Below are positions 8,358-16,874 of a stretch of 26,804 nt of DNA, piece by piece. The DNA comes from Myxococcota bacterium (GTDB lineage Bacteria; Myxococcota_A; UBA796; CAJQPC01): NCBI GenBank assembly GCA_036229005.1, contig JAZAMN010000028.1, forward strand, positions 1 through 26,804. Direction: 5' to 3'. The stretch's first letter is position 1, and the number at the start of each line of letters is the position of its first letter. Under the pieces are notes generated by a model, which worked only from the letters and a program-made list of their open reading frames with translations, had not been told where the DNA came from and did no database searches. A program made the translations under genes and the position numbers.

Positions 8358-9385
8358 ATACAGCCCACCAGCATCGCCGCGTGGCTGTCCATCGCGCCGC
8401 GCTGCATCTTGGTGGCGGTGAGTCCAAAGCGCCAGCTCCCCGCAAGCTTGGGGGAGAACACCACAAAGTCGGTCATCGCGTCGCGCTTGCCCATGGAGCC
8501 GCGGCCCACGATGCCGCCGCCGGGCTCGAGCACGTCCACGTCCATCTTCTTGGTGCGCTCGGTGTCCGCGGTGCCGATGGCCACGCACTCGGAGAAGGTG
8601 GTGTCCACGGGGATCGCGATCTCCACCCGGTCGCTCTCGGAGACCGTGGTCCAGCCCGCGGCCTGGATCTGGATGCCCTCGACCTCGATCATCACCGCGG
8701 AGAGCATCACCGTCAGCACGGTGTTCACGATGCTCACCGGCTTGCTGCTTCCGTAGCTGAGCACCGAAGAGTAGAAGCCCACGCCCCAGTCGTCCGCGCC
8801 GTCCTCCAAGTCCACCTGCAGGCTGTGGTAGCCGCTGACCTCGGGCGTGACCTTCACGCGGCGCATCACGGGGACCGGCAGGGGCTCGCCCTCCTCCGTG
8901 CTGCCAAAGTCCACGCCGGAGAAGTCCTCCCCCACCGCGATCTCCTTGCCCGCAGGGTCCAGCACCGAGACCCGGAAGTCCGTCACCCGCTCGGGGTCTC
9001 CGAGCACCGTGAAGTACACGGGCTCCCCCGCGGCCAGCAGGTGCTGCTCCACCGCCGGGGTGTCCATCCGCACGGTGGCGAGCTGCATCGCGGTGATCTG
9101 GCTGCCCGCGTTCTCCAGGTGCAGCACCACGTTGACCAGGCTGCCCAGGGTGGGCGTGATGCTGCCCAGCTCGGAGGGCAGCAGGCGCTTCGGGGCCTGG
9201 ACCTGCTCCACGAGGACCGGCTCGTCCACGGTGTCCGCGGCGTCCTCGACCAGGTCCTCGTCGGAGGCCTCGGGGTCCAGTGTGGGGGCCTCGGTCTGCT
9301 CCGTGGTTGGCGCGAGGGTGTCCTCGCCGGTGGAGGAATCCGGGTCCAGGGCGAGGGCAGCGAGGAGCAACAGCGGTGAGGTCAT
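8351..9385 (-). CDS. Exported hypothetical protein with an acidic linker and two similar beta-rich modules (PPC-like)
   Basis: Short signal MTSPLLLLAALA; D/E/T-rich region; internal similarity ERVTDFRVSVLDPAG versus ERTKKMDVDVLEPGG; coding-like GC3 bias. Confidence 0.7.
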   Translation of the reverse strand: MTSPLLLLAALALDPDSSTGEDTLAPTTEQTEAPTLDPEASDEDLVEDAADTVDEPVLVEQVQAPKRLLPSELGSITPTLGSLVNVVLHLENAGSQITAMQLATVRMDTPAVEQHLLAAGEPVYFTVLGDPERVTDFRVSVLDPAGKEIAVGEDFSGVDFGSTEEGEPLPVPVMRRVKVTPEVSGYHSLQVDLEDGADDWGVGFYSSVLSYGSSKPVSIVNTVLTVMLSAVMIEVEGIQIQAAGWTTVSESDRVEIAIPVDTTFSECVAIGTADTERTKKMDVDVLEPGGGIVGRGSMGKRDAMTDFVVFSPKLAGSWRFGLTATKMQRGAMDSHAAMLVGCIQ

Positions 9386-9419
9386 CAGGTCTCCAGAGAC
9401 AGGATCCTGATTCTACCCG

Positions 9420-10484
9420 CTATTCCTCCTCTTCCTCGAACCCGGGGAGGACCTCGCCCTTCTCGTCGATCTTCTCGCCGGCCACCCGGCGCTGGAAGAT
9501 GCTCCACTTCTCGGCGTTGTGGAGGTCATTGAGGAAGCGCACGGTGGTCAGGTCGTGGCCCTGTCGGTGGATGATGCCGACCACCTTCCACTCCGAGCCG
9601 GTCCACTCCAGGCTGACCGAGCGCAGCTTGCGGGTGCGCTTGTGCTCCACCACCACGTGGACCATGCCCTCCTTGCCGGCGCGCACGGCCTTGAAGTCCC
9701 CGAGATCGCTCAGGGCGTACTCCGTCCAGGGGGAGCCGTCGCCGGCGCGCTCCTGGCCGCGGGGGTGTGGCCCGACCTGCAGCAGGTCCGAGGGGGTGCA
9801 GCTCCCGTAGACGCCCTCTTCGAGCAGGTTGTAGCAGGAGATGTGCTCCAGGGCGCCCTGCCAGTCGCGGCTGTAGATGGCCTCGTCGAAGGCCTTGAGC
9901 GCGGCGACGGCCTCCTGCTTGGACGGGGTCTTGGGGGCCTTGGCCTTGGGCGCCTGGCTGGCCGCGCGCACCTCGCCCTTGGGCATGGGCTGCGGGCAGT
10001 CCCCCCGGAACATGCGCAGGTCCTCGTCCACCACGCGGAGCTGGCCGCTCTCGTCGGCGACCACGTTGACGCTGCGGTTGCGGAAGTCGCTGCGCAGGCA
10101 CTCCGCCCAGGGGGTCGAGGTGCCCAGGCTGTAGACCAGCGGCACCGCCCAGGCGTCCTGGTTGCGGGTGGGGGTGCCGACCTCGACCTGGATGTCCTGG
10201 CCCATGTAGACGCACCAGCCCTTGTCGGTCGCGGTGGTCAAGAAGTGCTGGTTCTCGTAGGTGGGCGAGATCGTGTTGCCTTGATCCGTGAACGCCAGGT
10301 CCTTGGACATCAGGCACTCACGGTCGAACTGGGGGCCCTTCACCCACTGTCCCTTTCCGATCAGCTCCAGGCCCACGCGGCCAGCGGGGTTGACCTGCGT
10401 GGCCTGCTGCTGGACGAAGGCCTGGGCGTCTTCTGCGGTCACGCCGCCAGGGTTGCAGGCGGCAAAGGCGAGGGCGAACAGCAT
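9420..10484 (-). CDS. Hypothetical lipoprotein
   Basis: MLFALAFAA-C start after GGAG; normal globular composition with several Cys; overlapping ORFs look like shadows. Confidence 0.8.
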   Translation of the reverse strand: MLFALAFAACNPGGVTAEDAQAFVQQQATQVNPAGRVGLELIGKGQWVKGPQFDRECLMSKDLAFTDQGNTISPTYENQHFLTTATDKGWCVYMGQDIQVEVGTPTRNQDAWAVPLVYSLGTSTPWAECLRSDFRNRSVNVVADESGQLRVVDEDLRMFRGDCPQPMPKGEVRAASQAPKAKAPKTPSKQEAVAALKAFDEAIYSRDWQGALEHISCYNLLEEGVYGSCTPSDLLQVGPHPRGQERAGDGSPWTEYALSDLGDFKAVRAGKEGMVHVVVEHKRTRKLRSVSLEWTGSEWKVVGIIHRQGHDLTTVRFLNDLHNAEKWSIFQRRVAGEKIDEKGEVLPGFEEEEE

Positions 10485-10536
10485 CAGTCAGCTCCGAGAG
10501 AGGCGCGCACGATACACCACGGGTTAGCGAATCCTT

Positions 10537-11418
10537 GTGGAACGCTCTCGCCCCGACTGCGCCTGGGACGTGCTGCACGAGCAGCGCATGCGCGAAGAGA
10601 ACCAGGACTCCTGGGTCATGGTCCAGGCCGGCTCCGGCTGGCTGCTCGCGGTGTGTGACGGGATGGGCGGCGTGCAGGGCGGCGCCCGGGCCAGCGAGCT
10701 CGCGGCGAACACCCTCCGGGAGCGGGCCGACACCCTGGACGTGGAGCGCCCCACCGAGCCTCTGACCCAGGCGATCCAGGACGCCAACACGCGCATCCTG
10801 AACGAGGCCCGGCAGGACCTGAGCCGCGCCGGGATGGGCACCACCATGGTCTGCGCCTTCGTCCGCGGCCGACAGGTCCACATAAGCTGGGCTGGAGACT
10901 CCCGCGCCGCGCTGCGTCAGCCCGACGGCACCCTCCGCTGGCTCACCACGGACCACACGCGGGTCCAGGAGCTGGTGGACATGGGGCTCATCCCCCCCGA
11001 GCAGGCCGAGGGCCACCCCTACGGCCACATCTTGAGTCGGGCCGTGGGCGTGAGCGCCACCCTCCAGGTCGACAGCCTGGAGCCCTTCGAGCTTGGCCCC
11101 GACGAGCGCCTGCTGCTCTGCTCGGACGGGGTGTCCGGGGCCGCCAGCGCCACCGAGCTCGCCGAAGCCCTGGGAGCCCCCAGCGCCGAGCAGGCCATCG
11201 ACGCTGTGAACCTGCGCGTGGCCCAGAACGAGGGCGACGACAACGCCACCGCGGTGCTGTGGATCCCCGATCTGCCGCCCGCCGAGTTCGAGCGTCCCAG
11301 GCCCCAGCCCTCCGCCGAGCGCACCGAGCCCGCTTCCAAGGGGCCGAGGTGGGATCTTGTGGTGGCCGGCGCACTTGGGCTCACCGCTCTGGGGGCCTTG
11401 ATCTGGCAATGGCTCTGA
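10537..11418 (+). CDS. PP2C/PPM family Ser/Thr phosphatase with a C-terminal TM helix
   Basis: REENQD, VCDGMGG, GMGTT, WAGDSRA, LTTDHT, LSRAVG, LLCSDG and DDNAT motifs; hydrophobic C-terminus. Confidence 0.93.
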   Translation: MERSRPDCAWDVLHEQRMREENQDSWVMVQAGSGWLLAVCDGMGGVQGGARASELAANTLRERADTLDVERPTEPLTQAIQDANTRILNEARQDLSRAGMGTTMVCAFVRGRQVHISWAGDSRAALRQPDGTLRWLTTDHTRVQELVDMGLIPPEQAEGHPYGHILSRAVGVSATLQVDSLEPFELGPDERLLLCSDGVSGAASATELAEALGAPSAEQAIDAVNLRVAQNEGDDNATAVLWIPDLPPAEFERPRPQPSAERTEPASKGPRWDLVVAGALGLTALGALIWQWL

Positions 11419-11969
11419 GCTGTCCCATCTGCGAGGTCACCGTTCCGCCGGGTGCCCCGTTCTGCTTGAGCTGCGGGTCCGCCGTCACCCCGGTGACCTC
11501 GCCGGTGGACAACAGCGCAGGGGCGGTGGAGGCTCCCCGGGTGCCCGAGCGGTTGGCCCCGACCGCGCAGATGCCCCACCCCACCCTCGCTCCCCAGCCC
11601 CCGCCCCCGGTCCAGCGCCCCGCTGAGCCCACCCGCGTGCTGGCCCAGGGCGAGGCCCGTCGGCGCCTGGTGGGGGTGGTGGCCAGCTTCGACTTCGATC
11701 CTTCGGGGCAGCTCTGGCCGCTGCGCCTGGGGCGGACGGGGATCGGCCGCGATCCCCAGGACAACCTGATCCACCTGGACCGCGACCCCACGCTGTCCCG
11801 CCGCCACGCCCAGCTCATCGCCCGCGAGGGGGGCATCTGGGCCCAGGACAAGGGCTCCGAGCACGGGACCCGGGTCAACGGCCGGGACATCGGGATGGAC
11901 GCGGTGAAGCTCTGCGACGGCGACCGCGTACAGGTCGGTGGCTACACCCTTGTCTTGAGGCTGCTCTGA
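11409..11969 (+). CDS. Zinc-ribbon + Pro-rich linker + FHA domain protein
   Basis: ATG 11409 overlaps the PP2C end. CPIC...FCLSCG ribbon; FHA motifs IGR, LSRRHA, DKGSEHGTRVNG and LCDGDRVQVG. Confidence 0.9.
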   Translation: MALSCPICEVTVPPGAPFCLSCGSAVTPVTSPVDNSAGAVEAPRVPERLAPTAQMPHPTLAPQPPPPVQRPAEPTRVLAQGEARRRLVGVVASFDFDPSGQLWPLRLGRTGIGRDPQDNLIHLDRDPTLSRRHAQLIAREGGIWAQDKGSEHGTRVNGRDIGMDAVKLCDGDRVQVGGYTLVLRLL

Positions 11970-12397
11970 TGCTCCTGCTCCCCATCCTGCTCTCCGCCCC
12001 TGCCCAGGCCGCTCCTGAGGTCCACGCCGAGCTGATCACCATCAAGGACGTCCAGGTCGGCATGCGCGGGGCCAGCTTCACCGCCGTGGTCGCCCTGACC
12101 CGCGAGTCGGGCATGGCCTCCACCCTGACCGACGTCGAGGCGGAGCTGTGGCTCAACGGCGTGATGATCGGCGACACCGCGCTGCACGACCAGAAGATCA
12201 AGCTGCCCAAGGGCCAGGCCGTGCTCATCGAGGTGCCCGCCCAGATCGGCCTCTCTGCTGGCACCGCCCTGATGCGCGCGGCCGAGACCGGTCAGGTCGA
12301 CATGCAGGTCAAGGGCGAGGCCACCGGCAAGGCCCTGATCTTCTCTCGGTCGATGGTCTTTGAGGCGGTGGTCGACCCGGAGAAGCTGTCGTTCTGA
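11969..12397 (+). CDS. Exported LEA_2/WHy-like domain protein
   Basis: TGATG coupling; signal peptide ending AQA; ELWLNGVMIG...IKLPKG...IEVP...VKGEA pattern. Confidence 0.65.
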   Translation: MLLLPILLSAPAQAAPEVHAELITIKDVQVGMRGASFTAVVALTRESGMASTLTDVEAELWLNGVMIGDTALHDQKIKLPKGQAVLIEVPAQIGLSAGTALMRAAETGQVDMQVKGEATGKALIFSRSMVFEAVVDPEKLSF

Positions 12398-12422
12398 GGG
12401 GAGGGGGAGGGCACCGCTCTCC

Positions 12423-12863
12423 CTACTCAGCCCCCTCCCCCTCACCAGCAACCTCCTCCTTCTTCTCCTCCGCCGGCTTCCCCGAGAGCATCGCCATGAT
12501 CTCCTTGGTCTGGTCCTCGGGCAGCTTCTTGAAGCCCTCGTCGCACTCCTTGGCGTTGACCTGGAACCAGTTGGGATCCAGACAGCGCGCCAGGTCGGTG
12601 TCCTCGATCCCGGTGCAGAGCTTGGTGAACTCGGCCTTGGTGGGCAGCGGCGGCATCTGCGCGCCCTGCTCGGCGGTCATGCCCTGGAGCTGCTTGTCCC
12701 GGAAGCCGTCCATGCCGCCGTAGGCGCGGCCGCAGACCTTCTCGATCTCGGACTGGGGCTCGTCGGGCAGCACGTCGGCGCCCCCGCCCTTCTGCTCGCA
12801 GGCGACGGTCACGGAGAGCAGCGCGCCGAGGGCCAGAGCGCTGGGGAGAAGTCGGCGATGCAT
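12423..12863 (-). CDS. Hypothetical lipoprotein with 4 Cys in the mature part
   Basis: Canonical signal MHRRLLPSALALGALLSVTVA-C after GGAG; acidic tail. Confidence 0.8.
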   Translation of the reverse strand: MHRRLLPSALALGALLSVTVACEQKGGGADVLPDEPQSEIEKVCGRAYGGMDGFRDKQLQGMTAEQGAQMPPLPTKAEFTKLCTGIEDTDLARCLDPNWFQVNAKECDEGFKKLPEDQTKEIMAMLSGKPAEEKKEEVAGEGEGAE

Positions 12864-12953
12864 GGGAACTCCAGGCGATTGTGACGGAACAGAAACACGC
12901 TACCACGGCGCCCCCCGCGGGCGAAGGACTGTCTCGGTGGATAGGACACCCTC

Positions 12954-13610
12954 GTGCTGCTCCCCCTCTTCGCCAGCGGGCTGCTCTCCTGCGCAAAGCC
13001 CGCACCGCCCCCCAGCCTGCCCGACGCCGCCCTGGTCGAGCGCTTCGAGGCTCTGCACCGGCCCATCTACGGGGTCTACGAGCTGGGAGAGGACCGCGAC
13101 GCCATCTGGGAGCTGCTGGACGGCAGCTTCACCGGCGAGGCCCTGACCCGCGAGTACATCGAGCACTTCACCACCCTGGCCAGCATGAAGTCCGAAGAGA
13201 CCAGCATCCAGGTGCTACGCGTGGACTACGAGTCCGTGAGCGTGCTGGAGCGCCTGCCCAGCGGCCAGGTCCGGGTGGAGGCCGACTGGTCCGTGGGCGG
13301 GGTCGTGACGCACCAGGCCCACAAGCACACCCGGGTCAACCGCTACGTCGCCGTCTACACCCTCACCGAGACCGGGGCGGGCTGGCGCATCGAGGACACC
13401 CGCATGCGCGACCTGGAGCGGGTGCGCAGCGTGCTGAGCAACTGGGCCAGCGACGACGCCTTCCTGCTGGACGAGATGCCCACGGGGGCCAGCGGCATGA
13501 TGGACCCCCTGGAGATGCTCAACGCCGGACTGGGCGCCAAGCAGGACGCCCCCAGCGACGAGGATGCGGATCCAGACCCGGTGACCTCGCCGGCGCCGGA
13601 GGGTGAATGA
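12954..13610 (+). CDS. Hypothetical lipoprotein with an HxxHxH motif, first gene of the ABC cluster
   Basis: GTG start after AGGA; LLS-C lipobox; VVTHQAHKHTRVNRY; ATGA overlap with the ATPase gene. Confidence 0.75.
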   Translation: MLLPLFASGLLSCAKPAPPPSLPDAALVERFEALHRPIYGVYELGEDRDAIWELLDGSFTGEALTREYIEHFTTLASMKSEETSIQVLRVDYESVSVLERLPSGQVRVEADWSVGGVVTHQAHKHTRVNRYVAVYTLTETGAGWRIEDTRMRDLERVRSVLSNWASDDAFLLDEMPTGASGMMDPLEMLNAGLGAKQDAPSDEDADPDPVTSPAPEGE

Positions 13611-14263
13611 GCCAGCTCGCAGTGGACATCCAGGGACTGCGGTTTGCCTATGAGGGCGGCTTCTCCCTGAGCCTCTCCTCCTTCCAGGTCGCCCCCGGAG
13701 AGCGCGTGGCCCTGCACGGCCCCAGCGGCTGCGGGAAGTCCACGCTGCTGAACCTGATCGCGGGCTCCCTGGTCGCCGACAGCGGCACGCTCAAGGTCCA
13801 CGGCACCGAGCTCTCCGGCCTGTCCGAGGCCCAACGGCGCGCCTGGCGCGTGCAGAACGTGGGCTTTGTGTTCCAGGACTACCCCCTGGTCGACTACCTG
13901 AGCGCGGTGGACAACGTGCTGCTGCCCTACCGCCTGAACACGGCGTTGAAGCTCGATTCCCAGGCACAGAACCGCGCGCTGGAGCTGCTCGGGACCCTGG
14001 ATCTGGCCGCCAAGACCGCCCGCAAGCCCCACCAGCTCTCCCAGGGGGAGCGCCAGCGCGTGGCGATCGCCCGGGCCCTGGTCACCCAACCCCAGCTCCT
14101 GCTGGCCGACGAGCCCACCACCGGCCTGGATCCGCAGCGCAGCGAGGCCGTCCTGGGCCTGCTGGAGTCCCTGGTCGAGCGGCACAAGCTCACCCTGCTG
14201 CTGGTCACGCACGATCCCCAGCTCCGCGCCCGCCTCCCCCGCGCCCTGGACCTGGGGGCCTGA
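13607..14263 (+). CDS. ABC transporter ATP-binding protein, LolD/MacB-like
   Basis: Walker A GPSGCGKST, VGFVFQ, signature LSQGERQR, Walker B LLLADEPT, VTHD. Confidence 0.95.
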   Translation: MSQLAVDIQGLRFAYEGGFSLSLSSFQVAPGERVALHGPSGCGKSTLLNLIAGSLVADSGTLKVHGTELSGLSEAQRRAWRVQNVGFVFQDYPLVDYLSAVDNVLLPYRLNTALKLDSQAQNRALELLGTLDLAAKTARKPHQLSQGERQRVAIARALVTQPQLLLADEPTTGLDPQRSEAVLGLLESLVERHKLTLLLVTHDPQLRARLPRALDLGA

Positions 14264-15426
14264 TGCTCAGACACGCGCTCTACCTGGCCCTGCGCTACCT
14301 GGCCTCCGCGCCCGGCCGCACCGCCGTGCTGGTGCTCGGGACCGCCGTGGCCTTCTTCCTGCCCGGCTTCACCCGCCAGGCCGCCGCCGTGGTCGAAGAG
14401 ACCCTCATGGCCCGCGCGGAGTCCAGCCCGGTGCTGATCGGCCACGTGGGCAACGAGTTCGACCTGACCCTGAACGCGCTCTACTTCCGCGGCGCCGTGC
14501 GGGACCCCATCACCTACGGGGATCGCCACCCCGCGCAGGACGCGGACTACGGCGTGGTCGTGCCCCTGTACGTGCTGCACTCCGTCGGCGGCAGCCCTCT
14601 GGTGGCCACCAGCCTGGACTACTACGAGCAGCGGGGCCTGAGCCTCTCCCAGGGGCGCGCCCCGGCCGTTCTGGGCGAGGTCATCGCGGGCGCCGAGGTC
14701 GCCGAGGCCTTCAACCTGCAGGTGGGCGACACCCTGCGCTCGGACACGCGCAACCTGTACAACATCGCCGGCTCCTACCCCCTGCTGCTCTCGGTCGTGG
14801 GGGTCCTGGAGGAGGCGGGGACGCCCGACGACAGTGCCTTTTTCACCGACCTGCACACGGCCTGGGCCCTCGACGGAGCGCTCCATGGCCACGACGAGGT
14901 CACCCGAGCGCAGGCCCTGAACCCCTGCGCAGCCGACGGCGAAGCCCTCACCGCCACCGCTGCGCTGTTCATGTTCCAGGAGATCGACGCAGCCAACCGC
15001 AGCAGCTTCCACCTGCACGGCAGCGTGGACGAGATGCCGCTGTCCAGCCTGCTGGTGTTCCCCCGCGACCGCCGGGCCCACGACCAGCTCCTGGGCGACT
15101 ACGCGCTGGAGAGCGACCGCCAGGCTGTGCGGCCCACCCAAGTCATCGAGACCATCCTGGGCATCGTGCTGCGGGTCGAGGCCGGCATGCGCGTCTACTT
15201 CGGCGCGGTGGCCGCCAGCACCGCGGCATTCTTCTTCCTGGTCATCCTGCTGAACCTGCGCCTGCGCCGCACCGAGCTGCAGCTCATGCGCCGGATCGGC
15301 TGCTCCCGCTTTACGATCGCCGCCATGGTGGGCACTGAGATCACGCTGATCCTGCTCGCCGCCAGCGGCCTCGCCGCCGGGGTGACCGCCCTGGCCCTGA
15401 ACCTGCTCCGCGCCGGCCTGAGCTGA
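14263..15426 (+). CDS. FtsX/MacB-like ABC permease with a His-containing periplasmic domain
   Basis: One N-terminal TM, a large periplasmic domain (GEVIAGAEVAEAFNLQVGDTL, VVGVL), and C-terminal TMs around RRTELQLMRRIG; HGHD and FHLHG motifs. Confidence 0.88.
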   Translation: MLRHALYLALRYLASAPGRTAVLVLGTAVAFFLPGFTRQAAAVVEETLMARAESSPVLIGHVGNEFDLTLNALYFRGAVRDPITYGDRHPAQDADYGVVVPLYVLHSVGGSPLVATSLDYYEQRGLSLSQGRAPAVLGEVIAGAEVAEAFNLQVGDTLRSDTRNLYNIAGSYPLLLSVVGVLEEAGTPDDSAFFTDLHTAWALDGALHGHDEVTRAQALNPCAADGEALTATAALFMFQEIDAANRSSFHLHGSVDEMPLSSLLVFPRDRRAHDQLLGDYALESDRQAVRPTQVIETILGIVLRVEAGMRVYFGAVAASTAAFFFLVILLNLRLRRTELQLMRRIGCSRFTIAAMVGTEITLILLAASGLAAGVTALALNLLRAGLS

Positions 15427-15447
15427 CGCCAACCCCCTGGAGTCCCC

Positions 15448-16356
15448 ATGCTCGCCCTGCTGCTCACTGTCCTCGCTTGCACCACGGAGCCCGAACAGGG
15501 CGCGGACAAGTCCTCCGCTGATGCGGTGCAGGCCCCCGCGGAGAAGGCCAAGGTCATCACCTCCTCCTACCCGGCCGCCTGGCTGGTGGACCGCCTGGCC
15601 CAGGGCAGCGTGGACCACGAGAACATCCTGCCCGCCGGCGAGGATCCCCCCTTCTGGTCCCCCAGCGGAGAGGTCGTCGCCAAGGCCCAGCAGGCCGACC
15701 TGGTCGTGCTCAACGGCGCGGGCTTCGAGGCCTGGGTGAAGACGGCGTCGCTGCGCGAGGGGCGCGTGGTGGACTCGGCCCAGGGCGTCGAGACCATCTC
15801 CGTGCAGAGCAAGACCCACAGCCATGGAAAGGACGGCGAGCACAGCCACGCCGGGCTGGACCCCCACACCTGGTCGGACCCGGTCGGCTTCTCCCAGCAG
15901 GCCCAGGCGGTGCACGCTGCGCTCTCCAAGCTGCCCGGCGCGGATCAGGGCGCTCTGGACGCGGCGCTGGGCACCCTCCAGGCCGATCTGCAGGCCCTGG
16001 ACCAGGAGCTCAAGGCGGCCACCGAGCCCCTGCAGGGCAAGCCCATGGCGGCCTCCCACCCGGCGTTCAACTACCTGGCGCGGCGCTACGGGCTGGAGAT
16101 CACCAGCTTCGACTTCGACCCCGAGCAGCCCCCCACCGACCTGCACGACTTCGAGCACTGGGCCGAGGGCAAGGCCCCCGTCGTCCTGGTCTGGGAGTCC
16201 GCCCCCACGGACGCCGTCAAGGCCGCCTTCCCCGCCGACGTGCAGCACTTCGTGATGGACCCCCTGGAGCAGCCCGGCGACAGCGGCGCGTACGACTACC
16301 TGGCGCAGGCCCGCGCGAACCTGGACGTGCTGGGCAGCCTCGCCCAGGCGCAGTAG
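15448..16356 (+). CDS. Metal ABC substrate-binding lipoprotein (ZnuA/TroA cluster A-I-like)
   Basis: VLA-C lipobox; ADLVVLNGAGFEAW, HSHGKDGEHSH, DPHTWSDP, SHPAFNYLARRYGL and MDPLE. Confidence 0.9.
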   Translation: MLALLLTVLACTTEPEQGADKSSADAVQAPAEKAKVITSSYPAAWLVDRLAQGSVDHENILPAGEDPPFWSPSGEVVAKAQQADLVVLNGAGFEAWVKTASLREGRVVDSAQGVETISVQSKTHSHGKDGEHSHAGLDPHTWSDPVGFSQQAQAVHAALSKLPGADQGALDAALGTLQADLQALDQELKAATEPLQGKPMAASHPAFNYLARRYGLEITSFDFDPEQPPTDLHDFEHWAEGKAPVVLVWESAPTDAVKAAFPADVQHFVMDPLEQPGDSGAYDYLAQARANLDVLGSLAQAQ

Positions 16357-16365
16357 GCTGGGACC

Positions 16366-16767
16366 ATGCACCCCGCGCTCCTGGCCCTGCAGCTCTCCCA
16401 GCCCCTCCCCGTCGAGCTGGGCCCCGCCCCCACTCTGGGTGACTTCGGGCGCAGCCCCCTGACCCGCCCGGTGCCCACCTGGGTCATGCGCCACGGCCCC
16501 GACGGCCCCGACGACGTGCCGGAGGACGGCTACGAGTTCAAGCCCTCCAAGTCCGACAAGCCCACCTTCATGTGGATCGGCCTGGGCGCAGTGGCCATCT
16601 CCGGGCTGACCGCCGCCAACGCGCGCAGCCAGTCCTACGTGATGCGCGAGGCCACCACCATGGCCGAGCTGGACGCCGCCTACACCCACCAGAAGCGCAT
16701 GGCCTACGCGACCTACGGGCTGCTGGGCGCCGGCGCGCTGTGCATGATCCTCGAGGTGCCGTTTTGA
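16366..16767 (+). CDS. Hypothetical protein with two C-terminal hydrophobic helices
   Basis: 133-aa ORF with high GC3, starting 9 nt after the binding-protein stop; Gly/Ala-rich hydrophobic segments. Confidence 0.7.
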   Translation: MHPALLALQLSQPLPVELGPAPTLGDFGRSPLTRPVPTWVMRHGPDGPDDVPEDGYEFKPSKSDKPTFMWIGLGAVAISGLTAANARSQSYVMREATTMAELDAAYTHQKRMAYATYGLLGAGALCMILEVPF

Positions 16768-16868
16768 TCTGGCTGCTCACCCTGCTGTCGCTTGCCTGCC
16801 TGGTGGATGAAGAGACCTACCAGGACAAGGCCGAGGAGCTGGACACGGCCCAGGACACCGGGGAGTAG
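16764..16868 (+). CDS. 34-aa micro-lipoprotein MIWLLTLLSLA-CLVDEETYQDKAEELDTAQDTGE
   Basis: TTG 16764 overlaps the upstream TGA (TTGA), with GAGGTG RBS 5 nt upstream; lipobox SLAC; C-terminal part of the 16572..16868 track ORF. Confidence 0.65.
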   Translation: MIWLLTLLSLACLVDEETYQDKAEELDTAQDTGE

Positions 16869-16874
16869 CCCCCC

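Noticed and set aside
12395..12444. G-rich/C-rich inverted repeat between convergent genes
   Set aside because: It may be a terminator hairpin, but it is low-complexity, imperfect and partly inside coding sequence, so it is too weak to call.
12864..12953. Zur/Fur box upstream of the metal ABC cluster
   Set aside because: No convincing AT-rich palindrome is visible.
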